DNA of 64,000 nt, taken from Eledone cirrhosa (lineage: Eukaryota). The stretch lies in NCBI GenBank assembly GCA_964016885.1, contig OZ024740.1, positions 432,016,001 through 432,080,000 of the forward strand. The letters are read 5' to 3'. This document shows positions 28,900 through 44,400 of the stretch, one piece after another. Below the pieces are notes generated by a model. That model did no database searches. It was not told where the DNA came from and was given only the letters and a program-made list of their open reading frames with translations. Position 1 is the first letter of the stretch, and each line of letters starts with the position of its first letter. Made by a program: the position numbers and the translations under genes.

Positions 28900-31800
28900 A
28901 ACACAACAGTCACTAAATGGGGAAGACAGACATTATCAGGCTACAGCTGTCATATTATATAGTTTCTACAACAGACCACAACAGTCACCTAGTGGGGAAG
29001 ACAGACATTATCAGGCTACAGCTGTCATGTTATATAGTTTCTATAACAGACCACAACAGTCACCTAGTGGGGAAGACAGACATTATCAGGCTACAGCTGT
29101 CATATTACATAGTTTCTACAACAGACCACAACAGTCACCTAGTGGGGAAGACAGAAATTATCAGGCTACAGCTGTCATATTACATAGTTTCTACAACAGA
29201 CCACAACAGTCACCTAGTGGGGAAGACAGACATTATCAGGCTACAGCTGCCATATTATATAGTTTCTACAACAGACCACAGCAGTCACATAGTGGGGAAG
29301 ACAGACATTATCAGGCTACAGCTGTCATATTACATAGTTTCTACAACAGACCACAACAGTCACCTAGTGGGGAAGACAGACATTATCAGGCTACAGCTGT
29401 CATATTACATAGTTTCTACAACAGACCACAACAGTCACATAGTGGGGAAGACAGACATTATCAGGCTACAGCTGTCATATTACATAGTTTCTACAACAGA
29501 CAACAACAGTCACCTAGTGGGGAAGACAGACATTATCAGGCTACAGCTGCCATATTATATAGTTTCTACAACAGACCACAACAGTCACCTAGTGGGGAAG
29601 ACAGACATTATCTGGCTACAGCTGCCATATTATATAGTTTCTACAACAGACCACAACAGTCACCTAGTGGGGAAGACAGACATTATCTGGCTACAGCTGC
29701 CATATTATATAGTTTCTACAACAGAACACAACAGTCACCTAGTGGGGAAGACAGACATTATCAGGCTACAGCTGTCATATTACATAGTTTCTACAACAGA
29801 CCACAACAGTCACCTAGTGGGGAAGACAGACATTATCAGGCTACAGCTGTCATATTACATAGTTTCTACAACAGACCACAACAGTCACATAGTGGGGAAG
29901 ACAGACATTATCAGGCTACAGCTGTCATATTACATAGTTTCTACAACAGACCACAACAGTCACCTAGTGGGGAAGACAGACATTATCAGGCTACAGCTGT
30001 CATATTACATAGTTTCTACAACAGACCACAACAGTCACATAGTGGGGAAGACAGACATTATCAGGCTACAGCTGTCATATTACATAGTTTCTACAACAGA
30101 CAACAACAGTCACCTAGTGGGGAAGACAGACATTATCAGGCTACAGCTGCCATATTATATAGTTTCTACAACAGACCACAACAGTCACCTAGTGGGGAAG
30201 ACAGACATTATCTGGCTACAGCTGCCATATTATATAGTTTCTACAACAGACCACAACAGTCACCTAGTGGGGAAGACAGACATTATCTGGCTACAGCTGC
30301 CATATTATATAGTTTCTACAACAGAACACAACAGTCACCTAGTGGGGAAGACAGACATTATCAGGCTACAGCTGTCATATTACATAGTTTCTACAACAGA
30401 CCACAACAGTCACCTAGTGGGGAAGACAGACATTATCAGGCTACAGCTGTCATATTACATAGTTTCTACAACAGACCACAACAGTCACATAGTGGGGAAG
30501 ACAGACATTATCAGGCTACAGCTGTCATATTACATAGTTTCTACAACAGACCACAACAGTCACCTAGTGGGGAAGACAGACATTATCAGGCTACAGCTGT
30601 CATATTACATAGTTTCTACAACAGACCACAACAGTCACCTAGTGGGGAAGACAGACATTATCAGGCTACAGCTGCCATATTATATAGTTTCTACAACAGA
30701 CCACAACAGTCACCTAGTGGGGAAGACAGACATTATCAGGCTACAGCTGTCATATTATATAGTTTCTACAATAGACCACAACAGTCACCTAGTAAGGAAG
30801 ACAGACATTATCAGGCTACAGCTGTCATATCATATAGTTTCTACAACAGACCACAACAGTCACCTAGTGGGGAAGACAGACATTATCAGGCTACAGCTGT
30901 CATATTACATAGTTTCTACAACAGACCACAAATGTCACCTAGTGGGGAAGACAGACATTATCAGGCTACAGCTGTCACATTACATAGTTTCTACAACAGA
31001 CCACAAAAGTCACCTAGTGGGGAAGACAGACATTATCTGGCTACAGCTGCCATATTATATAGTTTCTACAACAGAACACAACAGTCACCTAGTGGGGAAG
31101 ACAGACATTATCAGGCTACAGCTGTCATATTACATAGTTTCTACAACAGAACACAACAGTCACTAAATGGGGAAGACAGACATTATCAGGCTACAGCTGT
31201 CATATTATATAGTTTCTACAACAGACCACAACAGTCACCTAGTGGGGAAGACAGACATTATCAGGCTACAGCTGTCATATTACATAGTTTCTACAACAGA
31301 CCACAACAGTCACCTAGTGGGGAAGACAGACATTATCAGGCTACAGCTGTCATATTACATAGTTTCTACAACAGACCACAACAGTCACCTAGTGGGGAAG
31401 ACAGAAATTATCAGGCTACAGCTGTCATATTACATAGTTTTTACAACAGACCACAACAGTCACCTAGTGGGGAAGACAGACATTATCAGGCTACAGCTGC
31501 CATATTATATAGTTTCTACAACAGACCACAACAGTCACATAGTGGGGAAGACAGACATTATCAGCCTACAGCTGTCATATTACATAGTTTCTACAACAGA
31601 CCACAACAGTCACCTAGTGGGGAAGACAGACATTATCAGGCTACAGCTGTCATATTACATAGTTTCTACAACAGACCACAACAGTCACATAGTGGGGAAG
31701 ACAGACATTATCAGGCTACAGCTGCCATATTATATAGTTTCTACAACAGACCACAACAGTCACCTAGTGGGGAAGACAGACATTATCTGGCTACAGCTGC

Positions 31801-34800
31801 CATATTATATAGTTTCTACAACAGACCACAACAGTCACCTAGTGGGGAAGACAGACATTATCTGGCTACAGCTGCCATATTATATGGTTTCTACAACAGA
31901 ACACAACAGTCACCTAGTGGGGAAGACAGACATTATCAGGCTACAGCTGTCATATTACATAGTTTCTACAACAGACCACAACAGTCACATAGTGGGGAAG
32001 ACAGACATTATCAGGCTACAGCTGTCATATTACATAGTTTCTACAACAGACCACAACAGTCACCTAGTGGGGAAGACAGACATTATCAGGCTACAGCTGT
32101 CATATTACATAGTTTCTACAACAGACCACAACAGTCACCTAGTGGGGAAGACAGACATTATCAGGCTACAGCTGCCATATTATATAGTTTCTACAACAGA
32201 CCACAACAGTCACCTAGTGGGGAAGACAGACATTATCAGGCTACAGCTGTCATATTATATAGTTTCTACAATAGACCACAACAGTCACCTAGTAAGGAAG
32301 ACAGACATTATCAGGCTACAGCTGTCATATCATATAGTTTCTACAACAGACCACAACAGTCACCTAGTGGGGAAGACAGACATTATCAGGCTACAGCTGC
32401 CATATGATATAGTTTCTACAACAGACCACAACAGTCACCTAGTGGGGAAGACAGACATTATCAGGCTACAGCTGTCATATTACATAGTTTCTACAACAGA
32501 CCACAAATGTCACCTAGTGGGGAAGACAGACATTATCAGGCTACAGCTGTCACATTACATAGTTTCTACAACAGACCACAAAAGTCACCTAGTGGGGAAG
32601 ACAGACATTATCAGGCTACAGCTGCCATATTATATAGTTACTACAACAGACCACAACAGTCACCTAGTGGGGAAGACAGACATTATCAGGCTACAGCTGT
32701 CATATTACATAGTTTCTACAACAGACCACAACAGTCACCTAGTGGGGAAGACAGACATTATCAGGCTACAGCTGCCATATTATATAGTTTCTACAACAGA
32801 CCACAACAGTCACCTAGTGGGGAAGACAGACATTATCAGGCTACAGCTGTCATGTTATATAGTTTCTACAACAGACCACAACAGTCACCAAATGGGGAAG
32901 ACAGACATTATCAGGCTACAGCTGTCATATTATATAGTTTCTACAACAGACCACAACAGTCACCTAGTGGGGAAGACAGACATTATCAGGCTACAGCTGT
33001 CATGTTATATAGTTTCTATAACAGACCACAACAGTCACCTAGTGGGGAAGACAGACATTATCAGGCTACAGCTGTCATATTACATAGTTTCTACAACAGA
33101 CCACAACAGTCACCTAGTGGGGAAGACAGACATTATCAGGCTACAGCTGTCATATTACATAGTTTCTACAACAGACCACAACAGTCACCTAGTGGGGAAG
33201 ACAGAAATTATCAGGCTACAGCTGTCATATTACATAGTTTCTACAACAGACCACAACAGTCACCTAGTGGGGAAGACAGACATTATCAGGCTACAGCTGC
33301 CATATTATATAGTTTCTACAACAGACCACAACAGTCACATAGTGGGGAAGACAGACATTATCAGGCTACAGCTGTCATATTACATAGTTTCTACAACAGA
33401 CCACAACAGTCACCTAGTGGGGAAGACAGACATTATCAGGCTACAGCTGTCATATTACATAGTTTCTACAACAGACCACAACAGTCACATAGTGGGGAAG
33501 ACAGACATTATCAGGCTACAGCTGTCATATTACATAGTTTCTACAACAGACCACAACAGTCACCTAGTGGGGTAGACAGACATTATCAGGCTACAGCTGT
33601 CATATTACATAGTTTCTACAACAGACCACAAATGTCACCTAGTGGGGAAGACAGACATTATCAGGCTACAGCTGTCACATTACATGGTTTCTACAACAGA
33701 CCACAAAAGTCACCTAGTGGGGAAGACAGACATTATCTGGCTACAGCTGCCATATTATATAGTTTCTACAACAGAACACAACAGTCACCTAGTGGGGAAG
33801 ACAGACATTATCAGGCTACAGCTGTCATATTACATAGTTTCTACAACAGAATACAACAGTCACTAAATGGGGAAGACAGACATTATCAGGCTACAGCTGT
33901 CATATTATATAGTTTCTACAACAGACCACAACAGTCACCTAGTGGGGAAGACAGACATTATCAGGCTACAGCTGTCATGTTATATAGTTTCTATAACAGA
34001 CCACAACAGTCACCTAGTGGGGAAGACAGACATTATCAGGCTACAGCTGTCATATTACATAGTTTCTACAACAGACCACAACAGTCACCTAGTGGGGAAG
34101 ACAGACATTATCAGGCTACAGCTGTCATATTACATAGTTTCTACAACAGACCACAACAGTCACCTAGTGGGGAAGACAGAAATTATCAGGCTACAGCTGT
34201 CATATTACATAGTTTCTACAACAGACCACAACAGTCACCTAGTGGGGAAGACAGACATTATCAGGCTACAGCTGCCATATTATATAGTTTCTACAACAGA
34301 CCACAACAGTCACATAGTTGGGAAGACAGACATTATCAGGCTACAGCTGTCATATTACATAGTTTCTACAACAGACCACAACAGTCACCTAGTGGGGAAG
34401 ACAGACATTATCAGGCTACAGCTGCCATATTATATAGTTTCTACAACAGACCACAACAGTCACCTAGTGGGGAAGACAGACATTATCTGGCTACAGCTGC
34501 CATATTATATAGTTTCTACAACAGACCACAACAGTCACCTAGTGGGGAAGACAGACATTATCTGGCTACAGCTGCCATATTATATAGTTTCTACAACAGA
34601 ACACAACAGTCACCTAGTGGGGAAGACAGACATTATCAGGCTACAGCTGTCATATTACATAGTTTCTACAACAGACCACAACAGTCACCTAGTGGGGAAG
34701 ACAGACATTATCAGGCTACAGCTGTCATATTACATAGTTTCTACAACAGACCACAACAGTCACATAGTGGGGAAGACAGACATTATCAGGCTACAGCTGT

Positions 34801-37800
34801 CATATTACATAGTTTCTACAACAGACCACAACAGTCACCTAGTGGGGAAGACAGACATTATCAGGCTACAGCTGTCATATTACATAGTTTCTACAACAGA
34901 CCACAACAGTCACCTAGTGGGGAAGACAGACATTATCAGGCTACAGGTGCCATATTATATAGTTTCTACAACAGACCACAACAGTCACCTAGTGGGGAAG
35001 ACAGACATTATCAGGCTACAGCTGTCATATTATATAGTTTCTACAATAGACCACAACAGTCACCTAGTAAGGAAGACAGACATTATCAGGCTACAGCTGT
35101 CATATCATATAGTTTCTACAACAGACCACAACAGTCACCTAGTGGGGAAGACAGACACTATCAGGCTACAGCTGTCATATTACATAGTTTCTACAACAGA
35201 CCACAAATGTCACCTAGTGGGGAAGACAGACATTATCAGGCTACAGCTGTCACATTACATAGTTTCAACAACAGACCACAAAAGTCACATAGTGGGGAAG
35301 ACAGACATTATCTGGCTACAGCTGCCATATTATATAGTTTCTACAACAGAACACAACAGTCACCTAGTGGGGAAGACAGACATTATCAGGCTACAGCTGT
35401 CATATTACATAGTTTCTACAACAGAACACAACAGTCACTAAATGGGGAAGACAGACATTATCAGGCTACAGCTGTCATATTATATAGTTTCTACAACAGA
35501 CCACAACAGTCACCTAGTGGGGAAGACAGACATTATCAGGCTACAGCTGTCATGTTATATAGTTTCTATAACAGACCACAACAGTCACCTAGTGGGGAAG
35601 ACAGACATTATCAGGCTACAGCTGTCAGATTACATAGTTTCTACAACAGACCACAACAGTCACCTAGTGGGGAAGACAGACATTATCAGGCTACAGCTGT
35701 CATATTACATAGTTTCTACAACAGACCACAACAGTCACCTAGTGGGGAAGACAGAAATTATCAGGCTACAGCTGTCATATTACATAGTTTCTACAACAGA
35801 CCACAACAGTCACCTAGTGGGGAAGACAGACATTATCAGGCTACAGCTGCCATATTATATAGTTTCTACAACAGACCACAACAGTCACATAGTGGGGAAG
35901 ACAGACATTATCAGGCTACAGCTGTCATATTACATAGTTTCTACAACAGACCACAACAGTCACCTAGTGGGGAAGACAGACATTATCAGGCTACAGCTGT
36001 CATATTACATAGTTTCTACAACAGACCACAACAGTCACATAGTGGGGAAGACAGACATTATCAGGCTACAGCTGTCATATTACATAGTTTCTACAACAGA
36101 CAACAACAGTCACCTAGTGGGGAAGACAGACATTATCAGGCTACAGCTGCCATATTATATAGTTTCTACAACAGACCACAACAGTCACCTAGTGGGGAAG
36201 ACAGACATTATCTGGCTACAGCTGCCATATTATATAGTTTCTACAACAGACCACAACAGTCTCCTAGTGGGGAAGACAGACATTATCTGGCTACAGCTGC
36301 CATATTATATAGTTTCTACAACAGAACACAACAGTCACCTAGTGGGGAAGACAGACATTATCAGGCTACAGCTGTCATGTTACATAGTTTCTACAACAGA
36401 CCACAACAGTCACCTAGTGGGGAAGACAGACATTATCAGGCTACAGCTGTCATATTACATAGTTTCTACAACAGACCACAACAGTCACCTAGTGGGGAAG
36501 ACAGACATTATCAGGCTACAGCTGCCATATTATATAGTTTCTACAACAGACCACAACAGTCACCTAGTGGGGAAGACAGACATTATCAGGCTACAGCTGT
36601 CATATTATATAGTTTCTACAATAGACCACAACAGTCACCTAGTAAGGAAGACAGACATTATCAGGCTACAGCTGTCATATCATATAGTTTCTACAACAGA
36701 CCACAACAGTCACCTAGTGGGGAAGACAGACATTATCAGGCTACAGCTGCCATATGATATAGTTTCTACAACAGACCACAACAGTCACCTAGTGGGGAAG
36801 ACAGACATTATCAAGCTACAGCTGTCATATTACATAGTTTCTACAACAGACCACAAATGTCACCTAGTGGGGAAGACAGACATTATCAGGCTACAGCTGT
36901 CACATTACATAGTTTCTACAACAGACCACAAAAGTCACCTAGTGGGGAAGACAGACATTATCAGGCTACAGCTGCCATATTATATAGTTACTACAACAGA
37001 CCACAACAGTCACCTAGTGGGGAAGACAGACATTATCAGGCTACAGCTGTCATATTACATAGTTTCTACAACAGACCACAACAGTCACCTAGTGGGGAAG
37101 ACAGACATTATCAGGCTACAGCTGCCATATTATATAGTTTCTACAACAGACCACAACAGTCACCTAGTGGGGAAGACAGACATTATCAGGCTACAGCTGT
37201 CATGTTATATAGTTTCTACAACAGACCACAACAGTCACCAAATGGGGAAGACAGACATTATCAGGCTACAGCTGTCATATTATATAGTTTCTACAACAGA
37301 CCACAACAGTCACCTAGTGGGGAAGACAGACATTATCAGGCTACAGCTGTCATGTTATATAGTTTCTATAACAGACCACAACAGTCACCTAGTGGGGAAG
37401 ACAGACATTATCAGGCTACAGCTGTCATATTACATAGTTTCTACAACAGACCACAACAGTCACCTAGTGGGGAAGACAGACATTATCAGGCTACAGCTGT
37501 CATATTACATAGTTTCTACAACAGACCACAACAGTCACCTAGTGGGGAAGACAGAAATTATCAGGCTACAGCTGTCATATTACATAGTTTCTACAACAGA
37601 CCACAACAGTCACCTAGTGGGGAAGACAGACATTATCAGGCTACAGCTGCCATATTATATAGTTTCTACAACAGACCACAACAGTCACATAGTGGGGAAG
37701 ACAGAAATTATCAGGCTACAGCTGTCATATTACATAGTTTCTACAACAGACCACAACAGTCACCTAGTGGGGAAGACAGACATTATCAGGCTACAGCTGC

Positions 37801-40800
37801 CATATTATATAGTTTCTACAACAGACCACAACAGTCACATAGTGGGGAAGACAGACATTATCAGGCTACAGCTGTCATATTACATAGTTTCTACAACAGA
37901 CCACAACAGTCACCTAGTGGGGAAGACAGACATTATCAGGCTACAGCTGCCATATTATATAGTTTCTACAACAGACCACAACAGTCACATAGTGGGGAAG
38001 ACAGACATTATCAGGCTACAGCTGTCATATTACATAGTTTCTACAACAGACCACAACAGTCACCTAGTGGGGAAGACAGACATTATCAGGCTACAGCTGT
38101 CATATTACATAGTTTCTACAACAGACCACAACAGTCACATAGTGGGGAAGACAGACATTATCAGGCTACAGCTGTCATATTACATAGTTTCTACAACAGA
38201 CAACAACAGTCACCTAGTGGGGAAGACAGACATTATCAGGCTACAGCTGCCATATTATATAGTTTCTACAACAGACCACAACAGTCACCTAGTGGGGAAG
38301 ACAGACATTATCTGGCTACAGCTGCCATATTATATAGTTTCTACAACAGACCACAACAGTCACCTAGTGGGGAAGACAGACATTATCAGGCTACAGCTGT
38401 CATATTACATAGTTTCTACAACAGACCACAACAGTCACCTAGTGGGGAAGACAGACATTATCAGGCTACAGCTGTCATATTACATAGTTTCTACAACAGA
38501 CCACAACAGTCACATAGTGGGGAAGACAGACATTATCAGGCTACAGCTGTCATATTACATAGTTTCTACAACAGACCACAACAGTCACCTAGTGGGGAAG
38601 ACAGACATTATCAGGCTACAGCTGTCATATTACATAGTTCCTACAACAGACCACAACAGTCACCTAGTGGGGAAGACAGACATTATCAGGCTACAGCTGC
38701 CATATTATATAGTTTCTACAACAGACCACAACAGTCACCTAGTGGGGAAGACAGACATTATCAGGCTACAGCTGTCATATTATATAGTTTCTACAATAGA
38801 CCACAACAGTCACCTAGTAAGGAAGACAGACATTATCAGGCTACAGCTGTCATATCATATAGTTTCTACAACAGACCACAACAGTCACCTAGTGGGGAAG
38901 ACAGACATTATCAGGCTACAGCTGTCATATTACATAGTTTCTACAACAGACCACAAATGTCACCTAGTGGGGAAGACAGACATTATCAGGCTACAGCTGT
39001 CACATTACATAGTTTCTACAACAGACCACAAAAGTCACCTAGTGGGGAAGACAGACATTATCTGGCTACAGCTGCCATATTATATAGTTTCTACAACAGA
39101 ACACAACAGTCACCTAGTGGGGAAGACAGACATTATCAGGCTACAGCTGTCATATTACGTAGTTTCTACAACAGAACACAACAGTCACTAAATGGGGAAG
39201 ACAGACATTATCAGGCTACAGCTGTCATATTATATAGTTTCTACAACAGACCACAACAGTCACCTAGTGGGGAAGACAGACATTATCAGGCTACAGCTGT
39301 CATGTTATATAGTTTCTATAACAGACCACAACAGTCACCTAGTGGGGAAGACAGACATTATCAGGCTACAGCTGTCATATTACATAGTTTCTACAACAGA
39401 CCACAACAGTCACCTAGTGGGGAAGACAGACATTATCAGGCTACAGCTGTCATATTACATAGTTTCTACAACAAACCACAACAGTCACCTAGTGGGGAAG
39501 ACAGAAATTATCAGGCTACAGCTGTCATATTACATAGTTTCTACAACAGACCACAACAGTCACCTAGTGGGGAAGACAGACATTATCAGGCTACAGCTGC
39601 CATATTATATAGTTTCTACAACAGACCACAACAGTCACATAGTGGGGAAGACAGACATTATCAGGCTACAGCTGTCATATTACATAGTTTCTACAACAGA
39701 CCACAACAGTCACCTAGTGGGGAAGACAGACATTATCAGGCTACAGCTGTCATATTACATAGTTTCTACAACAGACCACAACAGTCACATAGTGGGGAAG
39801 ACAGACATTATCAGGCTACAGCTGTCATATTACATAGTTTCTACAACAGACCACAACAGTCACCTAGTGGGGAAGACAGACATTATCTGGCTACAGCTGC
39901 CATATTATATAGTTTCTACAACAGACAACAACAGTCACCTAGTGGGGAAGACAGACATTATCAGGCTACAGCTGCCATATTATATAGTTTCTACAACAGA
40001 CCACAACAGTCACCTAGTGGGGAAGACAGACATTATCTGGCTACAGCTGCCATATTATATAGTTTCTACAACAGACCACAACAGTCAACTAGTGGGGAAG
40101 ACAGACATTATCTGGCTACAGCTGCCATATTATATAGTTTCTACAACAGAACACAACAGTCACCTAGTGGGGAAGACAGACATTATCAGGCTACAGCTGT
40201 CATATTACATAGTTTCTACAACAGACCACAACAGTCACCTAGTGGGGAAGACAGACATTATCAGGCTACAGCTGTCATATTACATAGTTTCTACAACAGA
40301 CCACAACAGTCACATAGTGGGGAAGACAGACATTATCAGGCTACAGCTGTCATATTACATAGTTTCTACAACAGACCACAACAGTCACCTAGTGGGGAAG
40401 ACAGACATTATCAGGCTACAGCTGTCATATTACATAGTTTCTACAACAGACCACAACAGTCACCTAGTGGGGAAGACAGACATTATCAGGCTACAGCTGC
40501 CATATTATATAGTTTCTACAACAGACCACAACAGTCACCTAGTGGGGAAGACAGACATTATCAGGCTACAGCTGTCATATTATATAGTTTCTACAATAGA
40601 CCACAACAGTCACCTAGTAAGGAAGACAGACATTATCAGGCTACAGCTGTCATATCATATAGTTTCTACAACAGACCACGACAGTCACCTAGTGGGGAAG
40701 ACAGACATTATCAGGCTACAGCTGCCATATGATATAGTTTCTACAACAGACCACAACAGTCACCTAGTGGGGAAGACAGAAATTATCAGGCTACAGCTGT

Positions 40801-41400
40801 AATATTACATAGTTTCTACAACAGACCACAAATGTCACCTAGTGGGGAAGACAGACATTATCAGGCTACAGCTGTCACATTACATAGTTTCTACAACAGA
40901 CCACAAAAGTCACCTAGTGGGGAAGACAGACATTATCAGGCTACAGCTGCCATATTATATAGTTACTACAACAGACCACAACAGTCACCTAGTGGGGAAG
41001 ACAGACATTATCAGGCTACAGCTGTCATGTTATATAGTTTCTATAACAGACCACAACAGTCACCTAGTGGGGAAGACAGACATTATCAGGCTACAGCTGT
41101 CATATTACATAGTTTCTACAACAGACCACAACAGTCACCTAGTGGGGAAGACAGACATTATCAGGCTACAGCTGTCATATTACATAGTTTCTACAACAGA
41201 CCACAACAGTCACCTAGTGGGGAAGACAGAAATTATCAGGCTACAGCTGTCATATTACATAGTTTCTACAACAGACCACAACAGTCACCTAGTGGGGAAG
41301 ACAGACATTATCAGGCTACAGCTGCGATATTATATAGTTTCTACAACAGACCACAACAGTCACCAAATGGGCAAGATAGACATTATCAGGCTACAGCTGT
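28900..41400. repeat. Irregular HOR family C (~20-37 monomer blocks); a further stretch lies at ~2290-5700
   Basis: The linked cassette 'aatagacc..tagtaagg..catatcat', usually followed by 'aaatgtc' and 'cacatt..aaaagtc', occurs at 30770, 32270, 35045, 36620, 38795 and 40595 (spacings 1500, 2775, 1575, 2175, 1800, all multiples of 75), and at 3471 and 4896. The region is rich in the 'cacatag' variant. Confidence 0.8.
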
Positions 41401-44400
41401 GATATTATATAGTTTCTACAACAGACCACAACAGTCACCTAGTGGGGAAGACAGACATTATCTGGCTACAGCTGCCATATTATATAGTTTCTACAACAGA
41501 CCACAACAGTCACCTAGTGGGGAAGACAGACATTATCAGGCTACAGCTGCCATATTATATAGTTTCTACAACAGACCACAACAGTCACCTAGTGGGGAAG
41601 ACAGACATTATCTGGCTACAGCTGCCATATTTTATAGTTTCTACAACAGACCACAACAGTCACCTAGTGGGGAAGACAGACATTATCAGGCTACAGCTGC
41701 AATATTATATAGTTTCTACAACAGACCACAACAGTCACCTAGTGGGGAAGACAGACATTATCTGGCTACAGCTGCCATATTATATAGTTTCTACAACAGA
41801 CCACAACAGTCACCTAGTGGGGAAGACAGACATTATCAGGCTACAGCTGCCATATTATATAGTTTCTACAACAGAACACAACAGTCACCTAGTGGGGAAG
41901 ATAGACATTATCAGGCTACAGCTGTCATATTACATAGTTTCTACAACAGAACACAACAGTCACCTAATGGGGAAGACAGACATTATCAGGCTACAGCTGC
42001 CATATTATATAGTTTCTACAACAGACCACAACAGTCACCTAGTGGGGAAGACAGACATTATCAGGCTACAGCTGTCATATTACATAGTTTCTACAACAGA
42101 ACACAACAGTCACCAAATGGGGAAGACAGACATTATCAGGCTACAGCTGTCATATTATATAGTTTCTACAACAGACCACAACAGTCACCTAGTGGGGAAG
42201 ACAGACATTATCAGGCTACAGCTGTCATATTACATAGTATCTACAACAGACCACAACAGTCACCTAGTGGGGAAGACAGACATTATCAGGCTACAGCTGC
42301 CATACTATATAGTTTCTACAACAGACCACAACAGTCACCAAATGGGGAAGACAGACATTATCAGGCTACAGCTGTCATATTACATAGTTTCTACAACAGA
42401 ACACAACAGTCACCTAATGGGGAAGACAGACATTGTCAGGCTACAGCTGCTATGTTATATAGTTTCTACAACAGACCACAACAGTCACCTAGTGGGCAAG
42501 ACAGACATTATCTGGCTACAGCTGCCATATTATATAGTTTCTACAACAGACCACAACAGTCACCTAGTGGGGAAGACAGACATTATCAGGCTACAGCTGC
42601 CATATTATATAGTTTCTACAACAGACCACAACAGTCACCTAGTGGGGAAGACAGACATTATCAGGCTACAGCTGTCATGTTATATAGTTTCTACAACAGA
42701 CCACAACAGTCACCAAATGGGGAAGACAGACATTATAAGGCTACAGCTGTCATATTATATAGTTTCTACAACAGACCACAACAGTCACCTAGTGGGGAAG
42801 ACAGACATTATCAGGCTACAGCTGTCATATTACATAGTTTCTACAACAAACCACAACAGTCACCTAGTGGGGAAGACAGACATTATCAGGCTACAGCTGC
42901 CATATTATATAGTTTCTACAACAGACCACAACAGTCACCAAATGGGCAAGATAGACATTATCAGGCTACAGCTGTCATATTATATAGTTTCTACAACAGA
43001 CCACAACAGTCACCTAGTGGGGAAGACAGACATTATCAGGCTACAGCTGCCATATTATATAGTTTCTACAACAGAACACAACAGTCACCTAGTGGGGAAG
43101 ACAGACATTATCAGGCTACAGCTGTCATATTACATAGTTTCTACAACAGAACACAACAGTCACCTAATGGGGAAGAGAGACATTATCAGGCTACAGCTGC
43201 CATATTATATAGTTTCTACAACAGACCACAATAGTCACCTAGTGGGGAAGACAGACATTATCTGGCTACAGCTGCCATATTATATAGTTTCTACAACAGA
43301 CCACAACAGTCACCTAGTGGGGAAGACAGACATTATCTGGCTACAGCTGCCATATTATATAGTTTCTACAACAGAACACAACAGTCACCTAGTGGGGAAG
43401 ACAGACATCATCTGGCTACAGCTGCCATATTATATAGTTTCTACAACAGAACACAACAGTCACCTAGTGGGGAAGACAGACATTATCAAGCTACAGCTGT
43501 CATATTACATAGTTTCTACAACAGAACACAACAGTCACTAAATGGGGAAGACAGACATTATCAGGCTACAGCTGTCATATTATATAGTTTCTACAACAGA
43601 CCACAACAGTCACCTAGTGGGGAAGACAGACATTATCAGGCTACAGCTGTCATGTTATATAGTTTCTATAACAGACCACAACAGTCGCCTAGTGGGGAAG
43701 ACAGACATTATCAGGCTACAGCTGTCATATTACATAGTTTCTACAACAGACCACAACAGTCACCTAGTGGGGAAGAGACACATTATCAGGCTACAGCTGT
43801 CATATTACATAGTTTCTACAACAGACCACAACAGTCACCTAGTGGGGAAGACAGAAATTATCAGGCTACAGCTGTAATATTACATAGTTTCTACAACAGA
43901 CCACAACAGTCACCTAGTGGGGAACACAGACATTACCAGGCTACAGCTGTCATATTACATAGTTTCTACAACAGAACACAACAGTCACTAAATGGGGAAG
44001 ACAGACATTATCAGGCTACAGCTGTCATATTATATAGTTTCTACAACAGACCACAACAGTCACCTAGTGGGGAAGACAGACATTATCAGGCTACAGCTGT
44101 CATGTTATATAGTTTCTATAACAGACCACAACAGTCACCTAGTGGGGAAGACAGAAATTATCAGGCTACAGCTGTCATATTACATAGTTTCTACAACAGA
44201 CCACAACAGTCACCTAGTGGGGAAGACAGACATTATCAGGCTACAGCTGCCATATTATATAGTTTCTACAACAGACCACAACAGTCACCAAATGGGCAAG
44301 ATAGACATTATCAGGCTACAGCTGTGATATTATATAGTTTCTACAACAGACCACAACAGTCACCTAGTGGGGAAGACAGACATTATCTGGCTACAGCTGC